From positions 4,934 to 68,933 of IMG/VR virus record IMGVR_UViG_3300042820_000065: a DNA stretch of 64,000 nucleotides; one strand, written 5' to 3'. This DNA is from a virus. Below are positions 1 to 8,735 of the stretch, one piece after another; within the stretch, counting starts at the first letter, position 1; each line of letters starts with the position of its first letter. The notes beneath the pieces were generated by a model. It was not told where the DNA came from. It saw only the letters and a list, made by a program, of their open reading frames with translations, and did not search any database. The translations under genes were made by a program, and so were the position numbers.

Positions 1-872
1 AGGGCGAGTCCTGGCCCGCTCCGAACGATATCGGCCAGGTGCCTGCCTTCGAGTTGCCCAACAATCCGCGCCTTCTCATCGGCGGCCGGAGCGAATTGTT
101 CGACCTCTGCGACATCCAGGACCGGATCAACAAGACAATCGTTGACCGGCTGATGACGCAGGACTACGGCGCGTTCCCGCAGAAGTGGGCGACCGGCTGG
201 CCCGAAGAAGACCCGAGCGGCAACCCGACCCAGCGGATCGACGTCGGTCGGGACCGGATGATCACAACCGACGTGCCGGACACGAAGTTCGGCCAGTTCG
301 CTTCGGCCGCGCTCGATGGCTACCTGATGGGCAAGAAGGAGGACGTTCACGACATGGCGGCCCGGTCCCGGACGCCTGCTCAGTACCTCCTGGGCGAATT
401 CAGCAACGTGAACGGCGAGACCCTGAAGGCGTCAGAATCGGGGCTGGTGGCCAAGGTTCGGCAGCGGATGCGCGGCATGGACGACCCGACCGAGTCCGCG
501 ATGCGTCTCGCCCGGAAGTTGGCCGGTGAGACCGTTCCTGACGACGTCATGATGGAAATCATTTGGCAGAACCCGGAATTCAGGACTGAAGGGGAACTGG
601 TCGACGCCCTGACCAAGATGGCCACGCTCGCGGTGCCGAACGAGGTGCTGTGGGAGAAGTGGGGCGCCAGTCCGCAGGAGATCGGCCGGTGGAAGGCGAT
701 CAATGAGGAAGAGGCCCAGAAGGCCGCCGCGAACGACGCCACTGCTCTCCTGGCCGACTCCTACCGGAAGAAGGCTGCTGGCGTCGGATCGAGCGCGCCG
801 GGCCAGGGCGCCAGCCCGGCTCGCGGGTCGCAGGGCGGAGCCAGTAACGCCCCGAAGAAGCCCGCCGCCTGA
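1..872 (+). CDS. Portal protein, C-terminal part (SPP1 gp6-like); 5'-truncated by the window edge
   Basis: Frame is open from base 3. Sequence (DIQDRINKTIVDRL..AFPQKW..IWQNPEFRT) resembles actinophage portals. First gene of the head module; TGA overlaps the next ATG. Confidence 0.8.
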   Translation, partial: GESWPAPNDIGQVPAFELPNNPRLLIGGRSELFDLCDIQDRINKTIVDRLMTQDYGAFPQKWATGWPEEDPSGNPTQRIDVGRDRMITTDVPDTKFGQFASAALDGYLMGKKEDVHDMAARSRTPAQYLLGEFSNVNGETLKASESGLVAKVRQRMRGMDDPTESAMRLARKLAGETVPDDVMMEIIWQNPEFRTEGELVDALTKMATLAVPNEVLWEKWGASPQEIGRWKAINEEEAQKAAANDATALLADSYRKKAAGVGSSAPGQGASPARGSQGGASNAPKKPAA

Positions 873-2998
873 TGGCCTTCTCGCTCGGTGCTGCGGCCGT
901 AGCCGTCGCGACGTCGCATCAGGCCGACATGAATGGGATCCGGGCCGTGCAGTTGGCGAAAGCGATTCGGGCCTTCCGGGATCTCGATCCTGACCACCCG
1001 ATCAAGTCGTGGATCGAGAACGTCGGCGAGCGGGTATACGTCGCCGTCTCCAGCGGCCAGGAAGCGGCGGCCGGACGGGCGGCTGACTACACCCGGCGGG
1101 CCCTGCTCGTGCAGCATCTCGATGCGATTCTGCCGGACATCAACGCCGAGAATTTCGCTGGTATCGCTTCCGACGGACGAGACATGGAGAGCCTGCTCGC
1201 CGGTGCCGCGATTCGGGTCAGTCAGGGCAAGCGGAAGGGCATGAGCAACGCGCAGGCGATGCAGGCTGGCGAGAATTGGCTCCGAATGGTCGTCTCGACC
1301 CAGATTCAGGACGCGGGTCGAGCGGCCGATTCGGTTGGTGTGGCCACGGCCGACGTGCGCCAAATGACGAGCGATGAGGTGCGGCAGCAGGCCGTTCGAG
1401 ACGGCCTGAGCGACCGGGAGAGGCTGTTGCGGCAGTTGCGTGATGCTCGGTCCACGACTGCCCTTTCTCCCTCGCGACAGGCCGACGTGGCGCGGCGGAA
1501 GCAGGAGACCCTGGATCGGATCGCTCGCAATCGAGCAGATCGACAGGCCGCTAAGAAACCGCCACCGGCCAAGATGATCGACCGGAAGCGAGTCGAGATC
1601 GGGTACATACGACTCCTGACGCCACCGTCGTGTGCCCGCTGCGTCATCCTGGCCGGGAGGTTCTATCGCTGGTCTGATGGCTTCAAAAGGCATCCGAACT
1701 GCTTCCCAGCCGGAACGATCGTCTCGGGACCGCACGCCCTAGCGGCCACGAGGCGGTGGTACGAGGGCGAACTCGTTACCATCCGCACTACCGGCGGAAA
1801 GGAGTTGTCCGTTACCGCCAATCACCCGATACTCACTGAGCGGGGTTGGATTCCGGCGACGTTCCTCCACGAAGGCGACCGCGTAGTCAGCAGCGACCGG
1901 AGTCAGGGCGCTACGCCCCTCGTAGTCCCAGACGAAAAGCAAATCCCAACCAAGATCGAGGATCTCGCTGGTCCGCTCGGCATGGCTCGTTTTAGCCGAG
2001 TGCCAACCACCCCCAAGGACTTCCATGGCGATGGGTACGACGGCGAGGTCGACGTTGTACTTACCGATAGATTTCTGGGGAATCGGTATCAGTCCTCGTT
2101 CCCGAAGCCAGACGGAGAACTTGCGCTCGCCTTCCGAGTCGTAGCCTCCGCGCTGCTCTCTTCCGAGCGACTTTTCGACGAGCCTCTCACGCGAGTGCTT
2201 CACTCCGCGCACTGCGTCGTGAGCAGGGGAGGATTGAGCGAGACGTTCAGCCGGAGTCATTCGGGACGCTCTAGTTTTCCCGGCGGCCGAACGGTTTCTG
2301 ATTTCGACACCGTGCTCCAGCAGGCGACGGCGGATTACGTTTCGACTCACTCCGTAGGAGGCGGCAATGACCAACTCGCTTTCGCCGGAGGCGTATCGCT
2401 CGACTACTCCCTGAACGTCAAGGGTGATCTCTCGCCTCGGTGGGATGCCCCGACGGGTCCTCTCTCGGTGGAAAACGCTAGTGGATATTCCAGTCGCGGC
2501 TTGGGTCTCAGCGAACGGCTCGCCGAGCAGGTATCGCTCGATTGCATCGTCGAGGTCACTAGGAATCGTTGGTCTGGCCATGTCTACAATCTGACGTCAT
2601 CGGAGGGCTGGTTCGCTGCCAACGGCATCATAGCATCGAATTGCGACTGCGTACACATTCCTGCCGTTCGGGACGTCGCTGACGACATCGCGACGGATCC
2701 GAAGCAGTACTTCAATTCGCTGTCCGAAGCGGAGCAGGACCGTCAGTTCGGGAAAGCGAACGCACAGGCCATTCGGGATGGTGCGTCCATCGGCAAGGTC
2801 GTGAATGCGCAGTCCGGAATGTATACGGCCGACGACGGAAAGCGCTACACGAACGTCGGAACGAAGAAGACGCGCAGGGGTCCTCGCGGGGGTCCGCCCG
2901 TTCTGAGGCCGACCGTGTGGCAAATCTATAAGGATGCACAGGGCAACCGCGAGCGTGCTAAGTCACTCTTGAAGTCGTACGGATACACTTCCAACTGA
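872..2998 (+). CDS. MuF-like minor head/capsid maturation protein, intein-containing (about 394 aa after splicing)
   Basis: Lies between portal and scaffold. CARC...HPN|CDCVH motif is rebuilt when residues 277-590 are removed. Confidence 0.85.
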   Translation: MAFSLGAAAVAVATSHQADMNGIRAVQLAKAIRAFRDLDPDHPIKSWIENVGERVYVAVSSGQEAAAGRAADYTRRALLVQHLDAILPDINAENFAGIASDGRDMESLLAGAAIRVSQGKRKGMSNAQAMQAGENWLRMVVSTQIQDAGRAADSVGVATADVRQMTSDEVRQQAVRDGLSDRERLLRQLRDARSTTALSPSRQADVARRKQETLDRIARNRADRQAAKKPPPAKMIDRKRVEIGYIRLLTPPSCARCVILAGRFYRWSDGFKRHPNCFPAGTIVSGPHALAATRRWYEGELVTIRTTGGKELSVTANHPILTERGWIPATFLHEGDRVVSSDRSQGATPLVVPDEKQIPTKIEDLAGPLGMARFSRVPTTPKDFHGDGYDGEVDVVLTDRFLGNRYQSSFPKPDGELALAFRVVASALLSSERLFDEPLTRVLHSAHCVVSRGGLSETFSRSHSGRSSFPGGRTVSDFDTVLQQATADYVSTHSVGGGNDQLAFAGGVSLDYSLNVKGDLSPRWDAPTGPLSVENASGYSSRGLGLSERLAEQVSLDCIVEVTRNRWSGHVYNLTSSEGWFAANGIIASNCDCVHIPAVRDVADDIATDPKQYFNSLSEAEQDRQFGKANAQAIRDGASIGKVVNAQSGMYTADDGKRYTNVGTKKTRRGPRGGPPVLRPTVWQIYKDAQGNRERAKSLLKSYGYTSN
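1700..2641 (+). mobile_element. Intein (314 aa) in the MuF-like gene
   Basis: Block A CFPAGT at 1700, block B VTANHP, block F/G HVYNLT..ANGIIASN ending at 2641, followed by Cys+1. Flanking exteins rejoin as HPNCDC. Confidence 0.93.
1739..2581 (-). CDS. Putative homing endonuclease (2 HTH-like repeats + Vsr/DUF559-type nuclease), encoded antisense inside the intein
   Basis: 280-aa ATG ORF. C-terminal SEGE..QKSIGKYNVDLAV..IAMEVLGGGWH..LGWDLLFVW matches the DUF559/Vsr pattern. N-terminus has two IERYxxGE..GIS..V.RR..G[IV] repeats. Confidence 0.85.
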   Translation of the reverse strand: MARPTIPSDLDDAIERYLLGEPFAETQAATGISTSVFHRERTRRGIPPRREITLDVQGVVERYASGESELVIAASYGVSRNVIRRRLLEHGVEIRNRSAAGKTRASRMTPAERLAQSSPAHDAVRGVKHSRERLVEKSLGREQRGGYDSEGERKFSVWLRERGLIPIPQKSIGKYNVDLAVVPIAMEVLGGGWHSAKTSHAERTSEILDLGWDLLFVWDYEGRSALTPVAADYAVAFVEERRRNPTPLSEYRVIGGNGQLLSAGSADGNEFALVPPPRGR

Positions 2999-3033
2999 TA
3001 GGCCAGCGCGAGGCTGGCACCCCATAGCAACGG

Positions 3034-3786
3034 ATGGCGCGAGGCCACCCAACTTTCGAGGAAGCAGAGACGTCCATGTCGATGTCGTTGGTACGCAAGA
3101 CGCTCTCCCCGATCGGATCCAGGCGGGACGGAAGTCTCATTTGGCCGGTCTTCGGCGCTGAAGGTGAAGGCGACGGAGGTGGGGATGGAGGCGAAGGCGG
3201 GACCGGCGATGGGAACGAGGACGACGATGGCGATTCGGAAGACGAGGACGGCGTGCTCGGTGACGCAGGTAAGGCTGCGGTCGAGCGTGAGCGCAAGGCG
3301 GCCGACCGGCTCCGCAAGAGCCTGAAGCCTTTTGCGCAACTGCGTAAAGAGACCGGGATGACGGTCGAGGAGATGCGAGAGCGCCTGCTCGGGAGTGGTT
3401 CTGGTGGATCGAACGGCAAGGGCGGCAAGGCCGATGGCGATTCGGCGGACGCGGAAGCGATCCGGCGCGAGGCGACCATCAAGGCCCAGGAGAAATCCGA
3501 TGCTCGCTACCGAAAGATGGCCGTCAAGGCCGAAGCGGTGGCATTGCTCAACGATCCTGACGACGCACACCGATACCTCGACCTGTCTTCGTACGAGGTG
3601 GACGACGACGGCGAAGTCGATTCCCGGGCAATCAAGCGGGACTTGAAGGCGCTGATCGAAGACCGCCCCTATCTGGCGAAGACGAAGAAGGCCACCGACT
3701 ATGAGGGCGGACCTCGCGGCTCCTCCGCCAAGAACGAAGGCGGAATGAGCGAAATCATCCGTCGTCAGGCCGGGTACATCCGATAG
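3034..3786 (+). CDS. Capsid scaffolding protein (alternative start 3076)
   Basis: Acidic Gly/Asp-rich N-region, then a coiled-coil-like body and a basic C-terminus. Directly upstream of the major capsid gene. Confidence 0.8.
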   Translation: MARGHPTFEEAETSMSMSLVRKTLSPIGSRRDGSLIWPVFGAEGEGDGGGDGGEGGTGDGNEDDDGDSEDEDGVLGDAGKAAVERERKAADRLRKSLKPFAQLRKETGMTVEEMRERLLGSGSGGSNGKGGKADGDSADAEAIRREATIKAQEKSDARYRKMAVKAEAVALLNDPDDAHRYLDLSSYEVDDDGEVDSRAIKRDLKALIEDRPYLAKTKKATDYEGGPRGSSAKNEGGMSEIIRRQAGYIR

Positions 3787-3840
3787 TTCCCGCTCACCAC
3801 TGCGGGGCTATCCCGTCCGGACCTTTTGGAGGTTCCAGTG

Positions 3841-4872
3841 GTGAACGTGATGTCGACTCCGATCGGCTACCGGCGCAACGGTATGCCGATCTTCGGAGTC
3901 TCCGGTGGGGCGTACAACGCCGTCACCACTCGTACCGACGTCGGCGCGCTGATCCCTGAAGAGGTCAGCAATACGATGCTCGGCAAGGCCACCGACGGTT
4001 CGGCCACGCTCGCGCTGTTCGGGTCGATTCCCGTCGGCCGGGCTCAGGTCCGACTGCCCGTCCTGGCCAGCCTGCCCGTCGCCTACTGGGTCACCGGCGA
4101 CACCGGCCTCAAGCAGACGACCGAGATCTCGTGGGCCAACAAGTACCTCAACATTGAAGAGATCGCCGTTATCATGCCGGTCCCAGACAATGTCCTGGCC
4201 GACGTTGAGGTCGACATCTGGGACGAGTCGATGCCCCTGATCGCAGAGGCTTTCGGCCGGACCCTCGATGCTGCGGTCTTCTTCGGGGCTGCTGCTCCCG
4301 CCTCGTTCCCGACCAACGTCACCGCCGCCGCGCTCGCTGCTGGCAACACGGTCGACGTCGGTACCAACGCCACGGCGGCCGGTGGTTTCTTCGGTGACAT
4401 CGACGACCTGTACGGCAAGATCGAACAGGACGGTTTCGAGGTCTCCGGCTTCGTCGGCCCGACGTCGCTGAAGGCGAAACTGCGGAAGGTTCGCGGAACC
4501 GACGGCCGGAAGTTGGACGAGGGCCGGACATCCGGCGACCTGCGGTCTCTCGACGGCTACCCGATCTCCTACTCCATGAAGTCGATGTGGCCGCTGGCCG
4601 GTGGCGCTGGCGTCAACGGCGTCCAGGCCATCGCTGGCGACTGGAGTCAGTTCGTCGTCGGCGTCCGGCAGGACATCACGATGAAGATCCTGACCGAGGC
4701 CGTCATCCAGGACAACACGGGCGCGATCGTGTTCAACCTGGCGCAGCAGGACATGACGGCCGTCCGGCTCACCTTTCGGGCGGGCTGGCAGGTCGCCAAC
4801 ACCATCAACAACGAGAACATGGTCGAATCGACCCGTTACCCGGCGGGCTACCTCCGAACGGTTGGTGCATAA
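3841..4872 (+). CDS. Major capsid protein (HK97 fold)
   Basis: GGAGG at 3828-3832 favours GTG at 3838/3841. GALIPEEV, AYWVTG..KQTT, EEIAVI and GDWSQ..GVRQDI are typical HK97-type capsid motifs. Confidence 0.92.
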   Translation: MNVMSTPIGYRRNGMPIFGVSGGAYNAVTTRTDVGALIPEEVSNTMLGKATDGSATLALFGSIPVGRAQVRLPVLASLPVAYWVTGDTGLKQTTEISWANKYLNIEEIAVIMPVPDNVLADVEVDIWDESMPLIAEAFGRTLDAAVFFGAAAPASFPTNVTAAALAAGNTVDVGTNATAAGGFFGDIDDLYGKIEQDGFEVSGFVGPTSLKAKLRKVRGTDGRKLDEGRTSGDLRSLDGYPISYSMKSMWPLAGGAGVNGVQAIAGDWSQFVVGVRQDITMKILTEAVIQDNTGAIVFNLAQQDMTAVRLTFRAGWQVANTINNENMVESTRYPAGYLRTVGA

Positions 4873-5279
4873 TGCCTGATTCCTCTCCGCTCGTCAGGAC
4901 CGTCGAGGTCGAACTCCCGGCCTCGACCATCCTGGCTACCACGTCCGAGAATGTTCGGTCGCCGTTCGCCGGGACCGTGCAGGCCGTTCGGTATCTGCCG
5001 CTGGCCTCGGTCACCGGCGCGGCGTCGCCGTCCAGCCGGACCTTGTCGCTGGTGAACCGGGGCCAGGACGGCAGCGGCTCGACCGTTGTCGCTTCGCTGG
5101 CCCTGGTCGCCACGGTCAACCTCGTCGCGTTCGACGAGAAGACCATCACGCTATCGGCTGTCGCCGGTGCGACCACCGTTGCCGAGGGTGACGTTCTGGA
5201 GTTCCGGTCGGCCGCTGTCGGCGGTACCGGACTGGTCGAGGGTGGCGGCACTGCCATCGTCGAGATTGCGAGGGTGTAA
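4872..5279 (+). CDS. Virion protein, possible capsid decoration
   Basis: TAATG coupling to the capsid gene; beta-rich, 135 aa. Confidence 0.5.
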   Translation: MPDSSPLVRTVEVELPASTILATTSENVRSPFAGTVQAVRYLPLASVTGAASPSSRTLSLVNRGQDGSGSTVVASLALVATVNLVAFDEKTITLSAVAGATTVAEGDVLEFRSAAVGGTGLVEGGGTAIVEIARV

Positions 5280-5587
5280 TGGTCGAGAAGAAGGACGTCG
5301 ATCCCCAGGGCCGGAAGGTCGATCCCGTGACCGGCAATGCCCGGCGCGTCTCGGGCAAGGACTCCGGCCTGCCCGCTGATGCGGTGGCCGAGCCCGCCAT
5401 TCAGGACCTCCACGACCAGATGGCGCTCGAACGCGAGCAGGGATTCCGTGGCGAGCCTGCGGACCCGACTCCGAACGAGCACTACACCGTGGCGGGCGTG
5501 CTCGACCCGAGCAAGCACGTTCCGGAAGAGTTCAAGCAGCAGACCGGCGTTCGGGTCATGCCGGACCCGAACTACGGCCAGAAGTAG
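5279..5587 (+). CDS. Hypothetical protein
   Basis: Translationally coupled 102-aa ORF in the head operon. Confidence 0.55.
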   Translation: MVEKKDVDPQGRKVDPVTGNARRVSGKDSGLPADAVAEPAIQDLHDQMALEREQGFRGEPADPTPNEHYTVAGVLDPSKHVPEEFKQQTGVRVMPDPNYGQK

Positions 5588-5599
5588 GAGGTCGCGCCA

Positions 5600-6067
5600 G
5601 TGTCCTACCCGGTGACTCCAGCCGATGTGGTGGCTCGCTGGCGCGCGCTTTCTGACGACGAGACGGCGGTCGCAGCAGTTCTTATCGACGATCTGTGTTC
5701 GGATCTCGATCTGCTGCGACCGTCTCTCGCTGCGGTTTTCGCCGACGCGACCGATCCTGAACTGACGGTCCTCAGCAAGACCGTCGTCCGCGTGGTAGCG
5801 CTGGCCGTGAAGCGGGCAATGCGCAACCCAGACACCCTCTCGTCCACAAACATCTCGGCCGACGGCGGGATTGCAGTTGGCTACGACAACCGGATCGAAG
5901 ACCTGAAGTCGACGAGCGCTTACCTCTCGAATGAGGATCTGGCCCTGATCGACCGGGCCATCGCGGTCGTTACCGGCGATGTCTACTCCAGCGTTCGATC
6001 CGTGAAACTGCTCGCGAATTCGCAGTACTATCCGCCCGGCGACCTGACCATTCTTCCGACACCGTGA
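5600..6067 (+). CDS. Head-to-tail adaptor
   Basis: GGAGG RBS. PVTPADV.ARWRAL..VV..AVKRAMRNPD pattern of actinophage adaptors; expected position. Confidence 0.75.
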   Translation: MSYPVTPADVVARWRALSDDETAVAAVLIDDLCSDLDLLRPSLAAVFADATDPELTVLSKTVVRVVALAVKRAMRNPDTLSSTNISADGGIAVGYDNRIEDLKSTSAYLSNEDLALIDRAIAVVTGDVYSSVRSVKLLANSQYYPPGDLTILPTP

Positions 6068-6075
6068 GGAACGAA

Positions 6076-6753
6076 ATGAACCACGAGATCAAGCCTTCCG
6101 GTCGACTGTCCCTGAAGAAGATCACCGTCCCGAAGCGGCCGAGCATCAACAGCATTAAGGACGCGATGCGCTACGGCTCCTCTCGTACGCGCTTGACGCG
6201 GCTCGGCCGGTGGCAGCACGAGAACCGTGAGAACTTCGAGCGGTCCCTGCACGATCAGGACCTTTTCGACCGGGGGCGACTCTTCGCCATCGGTCACCTC
6301 TGGCTCCAGAAGATCCGGCTCGATGGACTGGTCGAAGACTTCGGCTTGGTGTCGTGCCGCGTCGTGACCGACACCGGCGTGGCATTTATCGTGGACGCGT
6401 TCCAGAACCTCACGGAACTGGAGAACATGAAGTTCCACGCCCTTGGCACTGGCACCACGGCCGAAGCGGCGAGCCAGACCGCTCTCGTAACGGAACTGAC
6501 GACCCAGTACGCGGTTTCGTCGACACGCCCGACCGGAACGCTCGGCGAGAAGTCCGGCGACGCGAAGACGTACGAAACTGCGGCGACCATCACCACTTCT
6601 GCGACCGTGGCCGCGACCGAGCACGCCATCATGAGCCAAGCCGCGACCGGCGGTGGCGTCATGCTCGACCGGAGCGTCTTCTCCGTCGTTAACCTCGCGT
6701 CCGGCGAATCATTGCAAGCCACGTATGATTTGACCTTCCCTTCGGGTTCGTGA
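6076..6753 (+). CDS. Virion structural protein (gene 1 of fibre-like cassette A)
   Basis: ALGTGTTAEAASQTALVTE motif is common in phage fibre/baseplate proteins. Confidence 0.55.
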   Translation: MNHEIKPSGRLSLKKITVPKRPSINSIKDAMRYGSSRTRLTRLGRWQHENRENFERSLHDQDLFDRGRLFAIGHLWLQKIRLDGLVEDFGLVSCRVVTDTGVAFIVDAFQNLTELENMKFHALGTGTTAEAASQTALVTELTTQYAVSSTRPTGTLGEKSGDAKTYETAATITTSATVAATEHAIMSQAATGGGVMLDRSVFSVVNLASGESLQATYDLTFPSGS

Positions 6754-6802
6754 CCATCATGCACTAGCGTTGGCCATGATCCGACCCGCGTGGAGGTGAA
6801 AC

Positions 6803-7873
6803 ATGACCGGTACTGACCTGATGCCCAGTGGTGCCGTCATGGACACCTTTACGGGCGCGAACAACGCGGCACCGGATACGACCAACTGGTCGATGTCGTA
6901 CAACACCGGTGCAGCATCGGCGATTTCGATCCAGAGCAACCAATGCCGCCTGCGTACGGGGGCGACGAATGGCAACCGCATCTCAATGCGGCTACTCACG
7001 GCCTCTGTCTTGGGCATGGAGGTGCTGTTCGACTGGGTCGTTACGTCTTCGGGTAGTTCGGTCCCGGCCGTGTGGTTTCATACCGGCACGACGCAGGACA
7101 CGGCATACGGTCACTACTTCACTCTGAGCGATGCCGGAATGGACGTTGGGTATTCGACCGTAGCCAGTCCATACAACACCGTTGGCATCGGTAGTTATAG
7201 TCATGGATTTGTGGTCGGACAGGCCGTCAGGACGCGCATCGCTTGCTTTACTTCAGGCAGCGTAACGACGTTGAAGGCTCGGACGTGGCTTCAGTCCGGA
7301 ACCGAGAACACGAACGTATGGCAGATAAGCACTACTGATGCGCACGTTCTGACTGGCGGATATACCGGTCTGACTCACGCATCATTCAGCGCTGGGTCGA
7401 AAGACTTCTTCATCGACAACTTCGATGCCTGGGACACGGAAACCCCTACGGCGAAGACGATCGCGGTCGGTGGCTCGATCACGGTGACCGGAGCGCTGGT
7501 CAAGTCGATGCCGAAATTGTTCTCCGGCTCGATCACGGCGACTGGGGCACTGGCCAAGACTCGTGTCGTAGTGCGGGCTTTCTCCGGCTCGATCACGGCG
7601 ACCGGGACCTTCAGCAAGTTCGCGCGAAAGAAGTTCGCCGGATCAGTGATCCCGTCTGGACTCTTCGCGAAGCGGACCGGCAAGGTGTTCTCCGGCTCGA
7701 TCACGGCGACCGGGACCTCCAGCAAGTTCGCGCGAAAGAAGTTCGCCGGATCAATCACGGCCGTCAGCGACCTGACCCTCATGTCTCTGGGGCGAATCTT
7801 CGGCGTTCCTGGCATTGTTGTGGTTACGGTCCGAAAGGCCGGGGAACTGCGGGCCAGATTCAGGAGGACGTGA
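6803..7873 (+). CDS. Repeat-containing fibre-like protein (gene 2 of cassette A)
   Basis: GGAGG RBS. Beta-sandwich-like N-domain followed by about six (F/V)xGS(I/V)TxTG repeats. Confidence 0.6.
   Translation: MTGTDLMPSGAVMDTFTGANNAAPDTTNWSMSYNTGAASAISIQSNQCRLRTGATNGNRISMRLLTASVLGMEVLFDWVVTSSGSSVPAVWFHTGTTQDTAYGHYFTLSDAGMDVGYSTVASPYNTVGIGSYSHGFVVGQAVRTRIACFTSGSVTTLKARTWLQSGTENTNVWQISTTDAHVLTGGYTGLTHASFSAGSKDFFIDNFDAWDTETPTAKTIAVGGSITVTGALVKSMPKLFSGSITATGALAKTRVVVRAFSGSITATGTFSKFARKKFAGSVIPSGLFAKRTGKVFSGSITATGTSSKFARKKFAGSITAVSDLTLMSLGRIFGVPGIVVVTVRKAGELRARFRRT
7580..7753 (+). repeat. 66-bp direct repeat (7580-7645 and 7688-7753, 1 mismatch)
   Basis: ttctccggctcgatcacggcgaccgggacct(t/c)cagcaagttcgcgcgaaagaagttcgccggatca occurs twice, 108 bp apart. 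The first 23 nt also occur at about 7520. Confidence 0.9.
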
Positions 7874-8166
7874 TGGCCAGTTCGGATTACTACGAGGGCC
7901 AGCGCGCTCTGATCGAAGCCGAGTTCCGGCTCCTGGGCGTGCCGACGGACCCGACCATCATCCAGGTCATATCTCGCTCGCCGAGCGGCTCCGTCTCCGT
8001 CTTGACGTATCCAGCGGTCGAGTTGACCAGGCGTGACACCGGCCTGTTCGAGGCATCCGTGCTGCTCGGCGATTCCGGCCAGTGGCACTTCCGTGTCATC
8101 GGCGAAGGTGTTGTCGATGCGGTCACGGAGATCAATCTGGATGTTCTGCAATCGAATGTTGTCTGA
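7870..8166 (+). CDS. Small beta-rich virion protein (gene 3 of cassette A)
   Basis: 98 aa, coupled to the upstream gene, Ig-like pattern (TGLFEA..GQWHFRV.G.G). Confidence 0.5.
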   Translation: MMASSDYYEGQRALIEAEFRLLGVPTDPTIIQVISRSPSGSVSVLTYPAVELTRRDTGLFEASVLLGDSGQWHFRVIGEGVVDAVTEINLDVLQSNVV

Positions 8167-8177
8167 GAGGAAATGAA

Positions 8178-8366
8178 ATGGCCAAGCAGGAAGCCCCGCT
8201 CGAACAGCCGACTCCAGCACCGGAGCCGGTCAAGGATAAGTCCGGCGTGCATGACGGCCCGCTGCGTGACGTCGTCGCCGAGCCGTATCCCGACCGGCCG
8301 TACAGGGATGCTGTCACTCCCGAACACCTTGAAGCACTGAAGGCCGCAGGGCAGGAGCCTCGCTGA
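8178..8366 (+). CDS. Hypothetical protein
   Basis: GAGAGG RBS; 62 aa. Confidence 0.5.
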   Translation: MAKQEAPLEQPTPAPEPVKDKSGVHDGPLRDVVAEPYPDRPYRDAVTPEHLEALKAAGQEPR

Positions 8367-8367
8367 A

Positions 8368-8733
8368 ATGTCTATCATGTCGATCGTCGCCTCCGGACGT
8401 CGCCTGATCGCAACGTCGTTTCTCGACGAGGCGTACATCAGCGACCGTACGGTGGTGAAGGATTCGACTGGTGGGACGAAGCAGACCTGGATCGAACGGC
8501 CTGATCCGGTATTGAGCCGGTTCGTCGCTCTGTCCGACGATATCGCCGAGCAAGCCAACGGTACCGAATTCGGCCAGGCGACAGCGATGTGGCTGGCTCC
8601 GCTCGGAACGGATGCCGCCGAAGGCGACAAGATCCGCAATCCGATCGACGGTGGAATGTGGATCGTCACGCGCGACATCACGCCCCCGTCGAATCTAGCG
8701 ATCAGCGTCCGACTCGGGATCAGGGAGGTGTAG
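8368..8733 (+). CDS. Head-closure (stopper) protein
   Basis: DSTGG.KQTW..; size and position match SPP1 gp16-like proteins. Confidence 0.7.
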   Translation: MSIMSIVASGRRLIATSFLDEAYISDRTVVKDSTGGTKQTWIERPDPVLSRFVALSDDIAEQANGTEFGQATAMWLAPLGTDAAEGDKIRNPIDGGMWIVTRDITPPSNLAISVRLGIREV

Positions 8734-8735
8734 AC

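Noticed and set aside
4864-4874. GGTGCATAATG, partial match to the promoter box at the capsid stop
   Set aside because: Lacks GTCAC and a -35; explained by Gly-Ala codons plus TAATG coupling.
7580-7753. Duplicated segment as a DGR template/variable pair
   Set aside because: No reverse transcriptase in the window; a single non-adenine mismatch; both copies lie in one ORF.
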